A stretch of 64,000 nucleotides of DNA, taken from positions 93,322 to 157,321 of the forward strand of contig CDMY01000235.1 of assembly GCA_001179505.1 (NCBI GenBank). The letters run 5' to 3'. Position numbers and translations under genes: made by a program. Of this stretch, positions 13,068 to 23,852 are shown one piece after another; position 1 is the first letter of the stretch; every line of letters starts with the position of its first letter. The notes beneath the pieces were generated by a model that saw nothing but the letters and a program-made list of their open reading frames with translations, was not told where the DNA came from and searched no databases. The stretch comes from Vitrella brassicaformis CCMP3155 (lineage: Eukaryota > Protista > Chromerida).

Positions 13068-14240
13068 CTTCAGGTCTACACGCACCACTGGTTCCTGACC
13101 TACACGATGCCCGGCGACGAAAGCAGAAACCTCACACGCGCACTCATTGTGGGCGCCGAGACCAGGGGTCAGTCAACTACCACTGCACACACAGGCAGGA
13201 TTGTTCGCTGCATGCGCGGCCTGTTCGTTGCCCTGCCAGGGACGCCGATAGTGTCGCTGAGCGCTCCTTTTGCCTTCACGACAACGGGCGAGGAGTCCTG
13301 GTGGCTCAACATGCACCTGCTGAGGACCGACAATGTGACCAATGTGCAAGCCTGCATTCAGGTGATCACACAGCCACAGACACGCAACTCACCAATTGGC
13401 CACGCAATGCTGCTTGTTTGTGCCCTTCAGTGCCGCTGCGCCCCCGACGGCCGTCACGGGTCGCTCAGCTGCTGCCAAGACGGCACCCACTGCCACACAT
13501 CATTCGACCCATTCGTGACGGCCAGCGACACTGACTTCTTTGACGACCCCGCCCACTGCCCAGACTGCAACTCCAACACCGAAGACATCTTCGGGCCGCC
13601 AATCCGCAACTTTGTCCCTCGCCCAGCCGCCAAGCACTATCGCGTCAGGTACACTGTCCGCTACGGCGAGGTCACCCCGGACGTCAAGCCGGTCCGCGCC
13701 AACATGGGCATCGACATCGTCAAGGGCAAACAGGAGTACAACGTATTCCCATGCGCCCCCAAAGAGAGTGGGCCTCTCGCAGCCATGAAGCAGCGGCGCC
13801 TACTGCTCAGTGGGGAGGACAGCGAGTGTGTCGACACCAAGAGGGTGACGGTCGTCGTCAACCAGCCCTTCCATCTGATCAACGTCCGCTCACACCTGCA
13901 TGTGGGCGGCATAAGTGCTTCTGTGGCCGGCGTGAGGGAGCAGTGGCAGTGCGACATGCGGGCCATCTACGGCACCACGCCACGCAAGGCCGGCAACGAG
14001 CTGGGCTACGTGACGGGCATCACCCAGTGCCACTACGGTGAGGGCGAGAGGGTGATGCAGAGGGGCGACTTGCTGCGGGCGACGGTCCACTACAGGCGGG
14101 ACAAGCACTACGCCGGCGTGATGGGCGGGGCAGTGTTTGTCGGTTACTACCCCGGCGACACGGCGGCATCGACGTCATGGGAATTCTCGTACACGCAGGT
14201 GTCCTATGTCAACGAGACGGACAGCGATGTGCGTGTGTGA
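12579..14240 (+). CDS. Secreted SURNod19 (stress up-regulated Nod19)-like protein
   Basis: Hydrophobic signal peptide ([14 protein letters not shown]) followed by [71 protein letters not shown] and HYAGVMG, all matching remembered SURNod19 motifs; 4 GT-AG introns. Confidence 0.8.
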
Positions 14241-14320
14241 ATGTGTGAATGTGTGTGAGTGTGAGGGGAGAGATGTTGAGATGAGATTGAGTCGTGCCTG
14301 TGGGTGGGTGTGTCACGGGG

Positions 14321-14410
14321 TCCACTCACGCAGTGTTCGCGAAGCTCACTTGCTGGCGATTTATCAAATGCCAGCAAGTGAGTGAGCTTCGCGGGCGCCG
14401 GCGCAGTGGA
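14321..14410 (+). other. Long hairpin about 80 nt downstream of the SURNod19-like stop codon
   Basis: 14335-14357 pairs fully (23/23, two G-U) with 14370-14396 apart from a 4-nt bulge. Confidence 0.5.
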
Positions 14411-15895
14411 TCTCGTGACACGAACCACACGCAATGCGATTGATGAGTTTGGGATGCGGGCCGTTTTGCCGTTTTTGATGCCTGTGTGTGTGTCTGTGTG
14501 TCCAGCGGTGTGGTGTTGGTTGGTGTGACTCAAAGATGAGATCAGTGTCAGTGGCAATGTCGTCCATTGGGTGCGTTCACTGCATCGATGAGCTTCCTCA
14601 CTGGGAGGGAAGATGCAGCGAGGCCGTATAAGCCATCTTTTCGGATCGCCTGTGTGCGTGTGGCAGTTGTCTGTGTATCTGTGTGGTGCTTGTCGGAGTA
14701 TCGCATTGGTTGGGAGAGAGAGGGTCGACGGAATGGATCTGTGGGCGTCAAGCGCAGCAGTCGCCGAGACGTTTATCTGAGTAGCGATGTGCACCACCCT
14801 GACGTGACTCGTCGACGTTATCGTCAACGGGGCGAATTCACCAAATGCCGTGTGTTTCACTGTTCGTTTGTCTGATGGGTGTCCTGTTTCCCCGCTCCTG
14901 CACGCTGTCTTGTGTGTCGGTTCGTTCCGTCCCGCAGACTTCGTGTGTGAGCGGGGGCGAAGGACACCCAAAGGACACAGACGAGAGAGAGAATGGCAGA
15001 CACTCTTTGTCAGTCAGCCTGACAGACATGGGCTGCTCTTGACCCATGTGTGTGTACTCGATGTGTCTCGTTTGTGGGATTCTCTGTGCGATTGCATCCT
15101 TAGCACGGCAGAGGTGTATGTGGCCTCAGCACTGTGATGTTTCAGTGGGTGGGCTCCGTACGCTGACGCCGGCTGAAGGACGCAGTCGTGCAAGAGAGAA
15201 ATGAGTGCGATGGATGATGGGACAGCTATGTAATTGTCATCTCACAGCAGATTGCTGACGTGTCCCTCATTTATCCATTCACATCCATCCATTCGAGCGC
15301 CACCGCCAACCACATGAAGAGGACGTCAGTCACCGCCCTGCATCGTCTTGAGCTGGTTGTGTGTACTGCGTCTTGAGCTGGTTGTGTGTACTGCTGGCCA
15401 AAGCGATGAGGCTTTTGGTGTGGCTGTGCTGCCTTTTGGAACTATGTGTGTGTAAGTGACTTCGGTTGTGTCGGGAACTGACTCAGCCAAGGAGACTCGC
15501 GGGCTCATCTGCGCATAAGCAACACAGCTGTGCCGAGCCAGTCTGACGATTGATCGGTCATTCATTCATGAGACGACTGGCGCGTGTCAATTCTGATGGA
15601 CAGAGAGATGCACACAATCAACGCGACATTTATCATCCATCACACATACGGTCCGGTCCGTCTACACCGCACACGAGAGTAGCAAGAGGACTGCCGGGCC
15701 GTCGACACGTAGAGAAGGGTCGCGGAAATATAAAATGTAGGCAACGATCTGCAGACAGACACAGACCAATCTCAAACAAGGATCCCCACGACTGTCTCGT
15801 CATGTCTCTTACCTGGCGTGGATTGGACGTCATGTCTCTGTGGCCGTGTGGTGGGGATCGCTGGCAGATGCGCGCTGGCCTCGTCTAGGGCGTCG

Positions 15896-16803
15896 TCAGC
15901 CTCCTTCCTGCATAAGCGCTTCGGCCTCTCCAGAATACAGCCGAAACACCAGAAACGAATGCTCGGGGGCAGCGTGGAAGGGCGTGTGTGTCAGCTCCCG
16001 GTGCTCAGCCTCCTGCTGCGACGCCTTGGTGGGAACGTAAGCGCCGGGAGGCGTCGGGCCGTCTGCAGGTGTGCTGGCTGGGAGGTCGACGGCATTGGCG
16101 AGGTCGATGAAACGGACCGGCGGCGCATTGTGGTGGGCTGATGACTGCGGACAGGTCGACGCGGCGCTCGACTTAGGTTGTGACGAGTCTGAATATGAAG
16201 ACAACACACAACATGTGCACACAGTGAGCCAAGAATGCAATGACACCTCATTGTCTGTGCGCCTGTGTACATCTGCCCCGTTGCCCTTGCTGTGCTCACC
16301 TCCATCGATGGCCGATCGCTTGATGAACACGTTGTTGGACCCCACTCCCCTGCATACATCAAGGTTGCATGATTGAAATGATTGAAAACCTGCAGACCGC
16401 TCGTGCATTATTACTTTTCCGCGGTGTCAAGGATTCGGCGCGCTTTTTCGTCGGTCTGCGGTAGAATGAGAAGTCCCTTGAGAGCCAACGGCACGACCCA
16501 ATCGCACTAAGCACGAAGCATGACAAGACAACGACAGAAGAATAGAGCACGAATGAAGAAAGATAAATTGCTTACATTCAGGAAGCCAGCGACTTCCTTC
16601 TCAGCCACGGTTGCGACATCTCTTGTCATCAGCTTGTTCAGCTCGTCAATCAGCAGCACACAACCCTCGTCCGCCAACCACTCGTCCACAACGCTCGCCG
16701 ACACATCAACTCTTGCAGTCCACTCGGAGAAGTTCTTGACGAGCTGTCGCGATGACTCAATATGGCCAGCAGAAGGTATGTCTGGCACTTGCTGTGTCCC
16801 CAC
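15896..16803 (-). pseudogene. Relic of a Crinkler/CR-type P-loop NTPase (Walker-B-like fragment) plus degenerate downstream sequence
   Basis: Fragment VVDEWLADEGCVLLIDELNKLMTRDVATVAEKEVAGFLN (hhhhDE) followed by a GTAAG donor; no start and no Walker A. Downstream coding-like sequence at 15896-16200 does not join convincingly. Confidence 0.35.
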
Positions 16804-17119
16804 TTTGCTTGTTCCTCTGGCTCACCCATCGCCAGACGGGCCCGATCGCCGCACAACAGATTGACTCGCGAAGAGCCACTTGGTGGGCCCGGACGACCAG
16901 CCGCATCATCTCCGCCCGCTCCGCCTCCAGTCTCATCTCCCTCTCCATGGACTTGTCGGCCGAAAGCAGCCATATCTTGACGGCGAGGTAGCGGCCGTTG
17001 AGCAAACCGCCCCGCACGGTCGCCCGTGTCCCATCTCCCAGCTTGTGGGGCAGCTCCAACTCGCCTTCATCGAGAATGACGGCAGCACGAACAGCTGCCG
17101 TGGACGTGCAGGCATTCAT
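16760..17119 (-). pseudogene. Protein kinase N-lobe fragment
   Basis: LPHKLGDGTRATVRGGLLNGRYLAVKIW...EMRLEAERAEMM supplies the G-loop, VAVK and alpha-C, but no HRD, DFG or C-lobe follows. Confidence 0.5.
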
Positions 17120-17308
17120 TCACCTTGGTTGCTGTGGCCGTACTCTTTCTAATGCAAGGAAGGCTTTGGAGTGAGTGGAAGGCCCTGTGGCTCCTGCCAG
17201 GGGGGGAGGAGAGAAGAAGTGGCCTCTTTTTTGTGGTGCTCTTTTAGGGTTTGTGGGGTTTGTCGCCATTCTCGACTTAGCGCCGGGTTCCTTGCCTTCG
17301 CCAACGCC

Positions 17309-17924
17309 ATGAGTACGAGCAGCACAGCCCGTGCTGCTGCATCACGCAAAAACCCGTACGTCTGGGTGAGCACAGCGAAAGGAAGATGAATGCTTCAGAA
17401 GAGATCTCGTCAGTCACCGCCTGCGTCAGTCATCTGGCTGCCCTGTTTGTTGCGTGTGTGTCAGATGGCGGCCTTCATTGGTGCTGGTTTCGCGTGGGCC
17501 GGCGGGATTGGGTACTTCGTGTACACCGAGTACTTCAACACGGAGAAGAAGGAGAGGAAGCAGCAGGAGCAAAGGGCCAAAGAGGAGAAGGAGAAAGAGC
17601 TGCGCCAGAGGCGGATGCAGAGGCGGGAGGAGATGATTGACGCCTACAGACAGCAGCGGCAGCAACAGAGCCTGCAGTCGCCAGCGTCGCCCGATGCGGA
17701 TGCGGACGCGCCATCTCCTCATGAGCAAGGCGGCTCGTTTGAGGACCGCCTGCAGAAGGAGCTCGACACAACATCGTAAGTCAGCAAATATGGAGACTAG
17801 ATGACAGTGTGCACGCATCCCTGCTGCTTCCGCGTCTTGCAGGTACGATTTGTGGCGTAAGGACGGCCTCGATGTGCCGCCCTCGGAAAAGACCGCAGCA
17901 GCGAACACCCAAGACAATGGCTGA
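17309..17924 (+). CDS. Small single-pass membrane protein with charged coiled-coil tail (3 exons)
   Basis: Exons 17309-17365, 17465-17775 and 17843-17924 splice in frame: MSTSSTARAAASRKNPYVWMAAFIGAGFAWAGGIGYFVYTEYFNTEKKERKQQEQRAKEE...NG*. Confidence 0.65.
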
Positions 17925-18244
17925 CGACGGACAGCTGGTCGTGCAGTACATGGTACTGTTCTCCTCCTGGGTAGATGGCTCGGTCGCGATGTTCATTTTT
18001 TTGTGGGCGTCTTGTTGTCAAATCCGCTGCCCGTTGGGCCCTTCTCATTCCGGCACGGTACGAAGACTGCGTCAGGCTGAGATGCCGACCGTAGTCTCCG
18101 TATCGCGTCGTGTGTCTGGAGGGCCACGCGGGTGGCACCAATGTCGAAGTGACGAGACAGTCAAGGAGGGATGGGTTGCTGCTGGACTACCGCACGTGGC
18201 ATGCAACACGAACATTTATGTTGGGGTGATGGCTTCGTGCTGAG

Positions 18245-18358
18245 TGCCGCGCTGGATTTTTCGTAGCCCACCGGCATCGAACGCGCGAGTTCCATCTGCA
18301 GCTACGGATGGCACTCCTGCGTTCGGTGCCGGTGGGCTACGAAGCATCCAGCACGGCA
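18245..18358 (+). ncRNA. Candidate long hairpin RNA (114 nt)
   Basis: 54 ungapped arm positions: 46 Watson-Crick, 4 G-U, 4 mismatches, 6-nt loop. Lies between two convergent genes. Confidence 0.45.
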
Positions 18359-19112
18359 TGACAGACAGGCAGGTTTGACCTTGGTGTGGACTGAATGGCC
18401 GCTCTCAATCCAATGAATGCAATGCAAGTGGAGGTATGTATTTACAAGCGTTTCACACCTGCAGTCAGAGGGAAGGAGGAAGGTCAAGTATGCCAGCCAT
18501 GCAGTGAGTGTCACGGTGCACGAAACACGCGCACGCAGAGGGGCACCGCACCCAATACACATACATGCAGAGCCGCATCCATCCATCCGCACGAACGACA
18601 CGCTGGGTCGAATCGTCCGTCAGGGAAGCTTCCCTCCCTGCCTCCGTCTGTTGGCCACTGCTTGCCTTCCGTCCGTCTCCCCTCCCCACCACCCACCACT
18701 CATCGATTTGAACGAAGAGCAGCGGATGGTGCGGCAAGGACGGACAAGGCCAGCAGTGATCGGCAGACATGAAAGCAGGGTTTGCAAGAAGACATACATC
18801 GCCACCCACCGTCCTGTCTGTCTCTTCTCCTCTGGAAAGCCGCAGCTGGTTTGCACTCCCCTGCGATTCCTGCCAACCGGCAACGGCTGTCGATTTGTCA
18901 ATGTCCTCACAAACCGACAACCATCACCGCTGCGCAGTTCACCAGCGGATGCAAACCAGGTGCCGTTCGTTCATTATACACATCGACAGCTCTCTCGTCC
19001 CTCCCTATCTCTCTCCCCAGCGCGCCAAACACTAATCTAGCAAGCTACACACCACGGGCGGGCAGACACCGCCGATCGTCCAATCTCCCCCAGCCAGCCC
19101 ATCCCTCTCCTC

Positions 19113-21485
19113 TCACATGAACCCCTGCGTGTGTGACTGGAATGGCGACGAGTGCGTGTGTGAGGCTGAGGCGGGGGAGGGGCCGCGCATGCCGGGGAGG
19201 TTGTCGCCCAGCACATCTTGTGGCTTGAAGTGCGGATTGTCGCGGAACTCTGAAGGAAGGAGACGGGCGGGCAAGACAAGAGGCGTTGGTTGTACCATAC
19301 CATGTGTGTGTGTGTGTGTGTTGTGTGTATGTGCTGCAATGCATGTGTGTAAGGTAGGTACCCATGTAGAGTGTGAGGAGGACATGCAGTGACTCGACGA
19401 GGTTGGTGTAGCAGGGGATGTCCAGGATGCCGCACAGCAGACGGACGTAGTCCTTACCACACAGACAGAGACACGCACATGCCATGCATACCCATGACAC
19501 ACACACACGCCCAAACAGGTCTGTGTGGATGGCAGGCACGCACCTGCATGGGCATGTCCAGGTCAGCGAGGTTGAGGTACTCGAGGACGGATGACGTGCC
19601 GTCGGGGCTGGGCGACTTGAGGAAGTCCTCAAAGTCAGTCGGCCACTCCTGCATCAGACGCTCGATGTCAGGCATCCTGCACACACGTAACGTACACACA
19701 CGTGTATATATGCGCATACTCTTTCCTTCTTCTCTCGTGGAATGAATATGTTCTCTCCTGACTGACCTGCGTGTGTATTGGACGGTGGGTGGCGGCCGCG
19801 TGCGGTGCAGATCGCTGATGCGAGCAATCCAGTTCGCTATCTGACACCACACACACAATGTACGAGGGAGGATGCAGTGGGACTATGTCTGTAGATGCGT
19901 GGACGGACACCCATCCCACCGCACCGACTGACCTCCTTGGGATTCTTCTCCGCACTCTCGATGGACCGTATTTCCATTGGCTGCAGGTTCGTCTGCTTCG
20001 ATATGGACCGCAGTTTCTGACAAGACCAGCAGCAGAGGCCATTTATGAAGGACTGACTGGTGTGGTGTGGCCCCACTCCCCCTCTCTCTCTCTCTCGCTG
20101 ACCAGTTCGAGTACGGGTGGGTCGCTTTGGTTGAGTGCCGGCTCGTCGAGCTTGACAAGCCCCAGACCGTCATCCTTGCCATCCGGCCGCGGGATCTTGA
20201 TGAACGCATCAACCTCACCTAAACACAGTCATTGTGACACCAACACAAAGGCCCTGCCTGCCTGCGTGTGTGGGGTAATGCAAAGAATGCTCACTCACCG
20301 ACGGCCGGGATGAAGTCGGGGATGAATGGCTTGAGTTTGGTCTCCAGCTCGATGCTGTGCGGCTTGTACCTTGACACACACAGACAGACAGGCAGACAGG
20401 CAGACAGACAGACATCGACCCATGTGTCTGTCTGCCTGTCTGTGCGGTCGTGTCTGTGTGTATCCTGTGTGTGTGTCTGTGTGACACCTTCTGATGTAGT
20501 TAAAGAGCTCTTTGACCTCTGAGCTGACGTCGAGGTTGGCATAGTCGCTCGGGTTATAGCCACCTGCACACAGACACATACACCAAGCATGCTCCATCCT
20601 CTCTCTGTCCATTCATGCCGTGAGTGGATGCGTGGATTGGATGGCTTGCCTTGTATTGGTGGAGCCTCTTCGTCTTCCTCTGACGTCTCCTCCTCACTCT
20701 CCTCGTCCTCGTCAGTCTCACGCTTAGCCAGGCCACCCTACACACACACACACACACGCACACAAAGAGACAGACAGACAGACAGATACATGAACGCAGA
20801 TGCGCAAATAACGGCCAGCCACCGACCCGCATCTCTCTCTGTGTGTGTGCTCAATATGTTACTCACCGGCCTAACTCCGCCCCTCTCGCCCCCGGGCCCG
20901 AACAGACCCCCGCTGTCATGATCCTTTTTGCCTGTCGACTCAGAATCGGTCTTGCCTGCACACACGCACACCCATCCGCAATCACACACGTGCTTGTGAG
21001 CATGGCATGGATGCGTCTGTGTTCCCTCTCTGTAGTATAGGTACTTGGAGGCATGGCGGGGTTCCTCGATGCTGGCTGTGTCGGTGGCCGCTCTTGGCCG
21101 GCGGACACGGCGCCGCTCCTGGGAGTCGACAAGCCAGAGTCTGAACCAAGAGACAGACACACACGGGCGAGCGTGTCTGGGACATGCTCGGGCCACTGAA
21201 TCTGCCTGTCATCCAGAGAAACAACCACAACTACGTGCCCACCTCACCAGATTGGTCCTCCACCTCAATGGCTTCGTCATAGGGCTTGTCCCTGTGTCTG
21301 GACTCGCTGACGACGCCTCCCGCCTCCCGCCTCCTCCCCACTCCCCTGCCCTCGCTGCCCTCCTCATCGCCCATCTCAAAGTCGTTATCCTGATCTCCGC
21401 GCCGCTGTCGCAGCGCGCCCTGCAGAGTGTCCTCTTCCTCTTCCTCGTCTGTCCACTCGCCCTCGCCAGGCCTGCTGCTGGACAT
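19113..21485 (-). CDS. IFT46: Intraflagellar transport protein 46
   Basis: Acidic N-terminus, DKPYDEAIEV, GGYNPSDYANLDVSSEVKELFNYIRRYKPHSIELETKLKPFIPDFIPAVG, KIPRPDG...LGLVKLDEP, PTVQYTRRMPDIERLMQEWP, ILDIPCY...SLHVLLTLYSEFRDNPHF. Confidence 0.95.
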
Positions 21486-21632
21486 CGCGATGGAAGAAAC
21501 AGGGCAGAAACGCCCGGAGCTCGCTTCGATCGTCCGCAGGGTGGTGAAATGAAGACGGAACGCGCTGGTATGGGCTTTGTTTGAGGTGCTCGTCACCACT
21601 GTCAACAGATCTGGAGAGATCGGCGTCAACCA

Positions 21633-23572
21633 ATGGAGCTCAACTCATCGTTTCTCTCCAGGTATCTGCTCACCGGCCTCGTGGCGGGCACTGCAGTCGG
21701 CACGGTCATCGGCTATGCCATCGCGTCACTGACACGAAGGAAGAGCAAGCGCATCGCCATCGACGACGCATCGGCTGCGCTGGAGAGGGCCCTTGCAACG
21801 ATGGAAGGCGGCATGCATCACCATGAGCCAAAGAGAGTGAGGAGAGATGGGACTGACGCGAATGCTCACGCGAAGGAGGAAGAAGAAGCGATGAGGGAGC
21901 AGCTGATCAGGAACTACCAGTTCTTCGGTGAGGAGGGGCAGTCCAAGGTTCGCGGTAGCTTTGTTGTGGTCATCGGTCTGGGCGGCGTCGGCTCTCACTG
22001 CGCCGTATCTCTGGCCCGCTCGGGCGTCGGCCACATCCGCATTGTCGACTTCGACCGCGTGAGCCTGTCCAGCCTCAATAGGCATGCGTGTGCGACAAGA
22101 AGGGAGGTCGGACTGAGCAAGACAGAGGCCATCAGGAGATGCATTCATGCCATATCGCCACACACGAAGGTGGGTGTGTGGGTGGGTGTGTGGATGGGGG
22201 TGTGTGCCGGTCATCGCACCTTTCTGTCTGCCTGTCTGCAGGTGGATGCCCGCGAGACCTTGTTTGAGCTGTCCCAGGCCGAGTCTCTGCTCGAGGGGCG
22301 GCCCGACTATGTGGTTGACTGCATCGACAACGTGCCCACCAAAGTGGACCTGATCGCCTACTGCGTCGAGCACAGCCTCCCTCTCATCAGCGCGTGCGGC
22401 TCTGCGTGCAAGGCCGACCCAACCAAGCTCAGAATCGACGACATCGAAAACACTGTCGAGGTGCGATTTGTCAAGGCAGCACCTGTATCCACACACACAT
22501 TGATTGCCTTTGAATGCAATGCGTGTGCAGGACGATTTGGCCCGTGCTGTGCGGGTGCGTCTGCGTCAGCGTGGCATCGAGCGGGGCGTCATGGTGTGCT
22601 ACTCGACAGAGAGGACAGAGAGGGCGCTGCTGCCGCTGAGGGACTACCAGGAAGACAACCCTGCCGACTTCGTCCCGCTGCCCAACTTCAGGGTGCGCAT
22701 CTTGCCTGTCATCGGTCCGCTGCCGGCCATCATGGGCCAGTCAATCGCTGTGTTTGTGCTGACGTCACTGGCCGACCAGCCTATTGGGCAGGCGGGCGCT
22801 CCAGCTGCAGCTGAGTGGCAGATCAGGCGCAAGAACTACAGGAAGCTCTTCACAGCCGTCAAGACCGCCGTCATATCGTAAGTCGATAGTCATAGAACAG
22901 AAAAGTGCTGTTGCTGTGTGCATCACGTGTGTTGGTGTGTGTTGATGTGTGTGTGCAGGGAGACGAACGACAGGAGTGCGGCCAATGCGGCCGAGCTGCC
23001 TTTCGATGCGTCGTCTTGCCTGTATGTTGATGTGTATGGCGGCAAGTGCGCCATCACACGGCAGACGGGGGTCGTCGGCACCCTGGAATTCGTTCCTTGG
23101 TACGCACCCACGCACCCACGCACCCACCCACATGCAGGGAACACGGACTCGTGTGGCCTTATGTGTCCCCGCCCGCCTGCTCTCTTTGTTCAGGCTCTTC
23201 GAGAGAGGCCGCATCCGTGAGAGCGTCAGTGCCGAGAAGATGGTCTTGTGCAGTGCCCCAGAGGCCCGGCGGCACCTCTCAGAAGGCGGCACGGACGACC
23301 GCAACCAGCAGCTGTGGGGCCCAGAGACCACTCAGCACGTGCAGCAGCTGATCGACAAGGCCCGAGACGCCCTCAGCAAGCTGAAGAGCCAGAGCCAGCT
23401 AATGAGTGACAGCGATGGTGTGGTTGTCGAGCGAGAGAGGGACTTCGCGAGTGAGAGGGTGGGGGGAGGCCAAAAGAGAAGTGAGAGGGAGAGAAGGCGC
23501 CGTGAGATGGAGGAGGAGGAGGATGGATGTATCCATGAAGGCGGCTGGGATGCACTGTGGGAAGATGAATGA
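21633..23572 (+). CDS. TCD1: tRNA threonylcarbamoyladenosine dehydratase (ThiF/E1-like) with N-terminal TM anchor and C-terminal extension
   Basis: N-terminal TM helix, EQLIRNYQFFGEEG, VVVIGLGGVGSH, VDFDRVSLSSLNRHA, DYVVDCIDN, D.LARAVR, YSTE, NFRVRILPVIGPLPAIMG, matching the yeast TCD1/TCD2 and E. coli TcdA pattern. Confidence 0.9.
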
Positions 23573-23852
23573 CGCTTGATCGGTTTGGTGTGGTGTGGTG
23601 TGGTGTGGGCGCGTGTTGTGACACACATGATGCGGGCTGAGACATGATAGCTCGTTGACTCGTCTGTGAAATCCCACTTCAATGCCGCATCCGATTGATT
23701 ACTGTATGAGGCAATCAGCGTGACTACTCACGTGGAGTACGGGCAAATCCAATTTCTCTTCCTTGCCGCAGCTATTCTCTCTGGCCGTCAGTTCATATCC
23801 ACACACATCAACCATAAATCAGAAGGTCTTCTTATCGCCAAAACCGTCGCTT

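Noticed and set aside
15344-15395. 25-bp tandem duplication (similar ones at 49030-49079 and a 17-bp one near 25957-25991)
   Set aside because: Simple two-copy slippage duplications with no further structure.
12021-18358. Hairpins as SECIS elements (the three upstream genes all end in TGA)
   Set aside because: No AUGA/GA kink-turn quartet with an apical AA at the right spacing, and no conserved coding continuation after the TGA codons.
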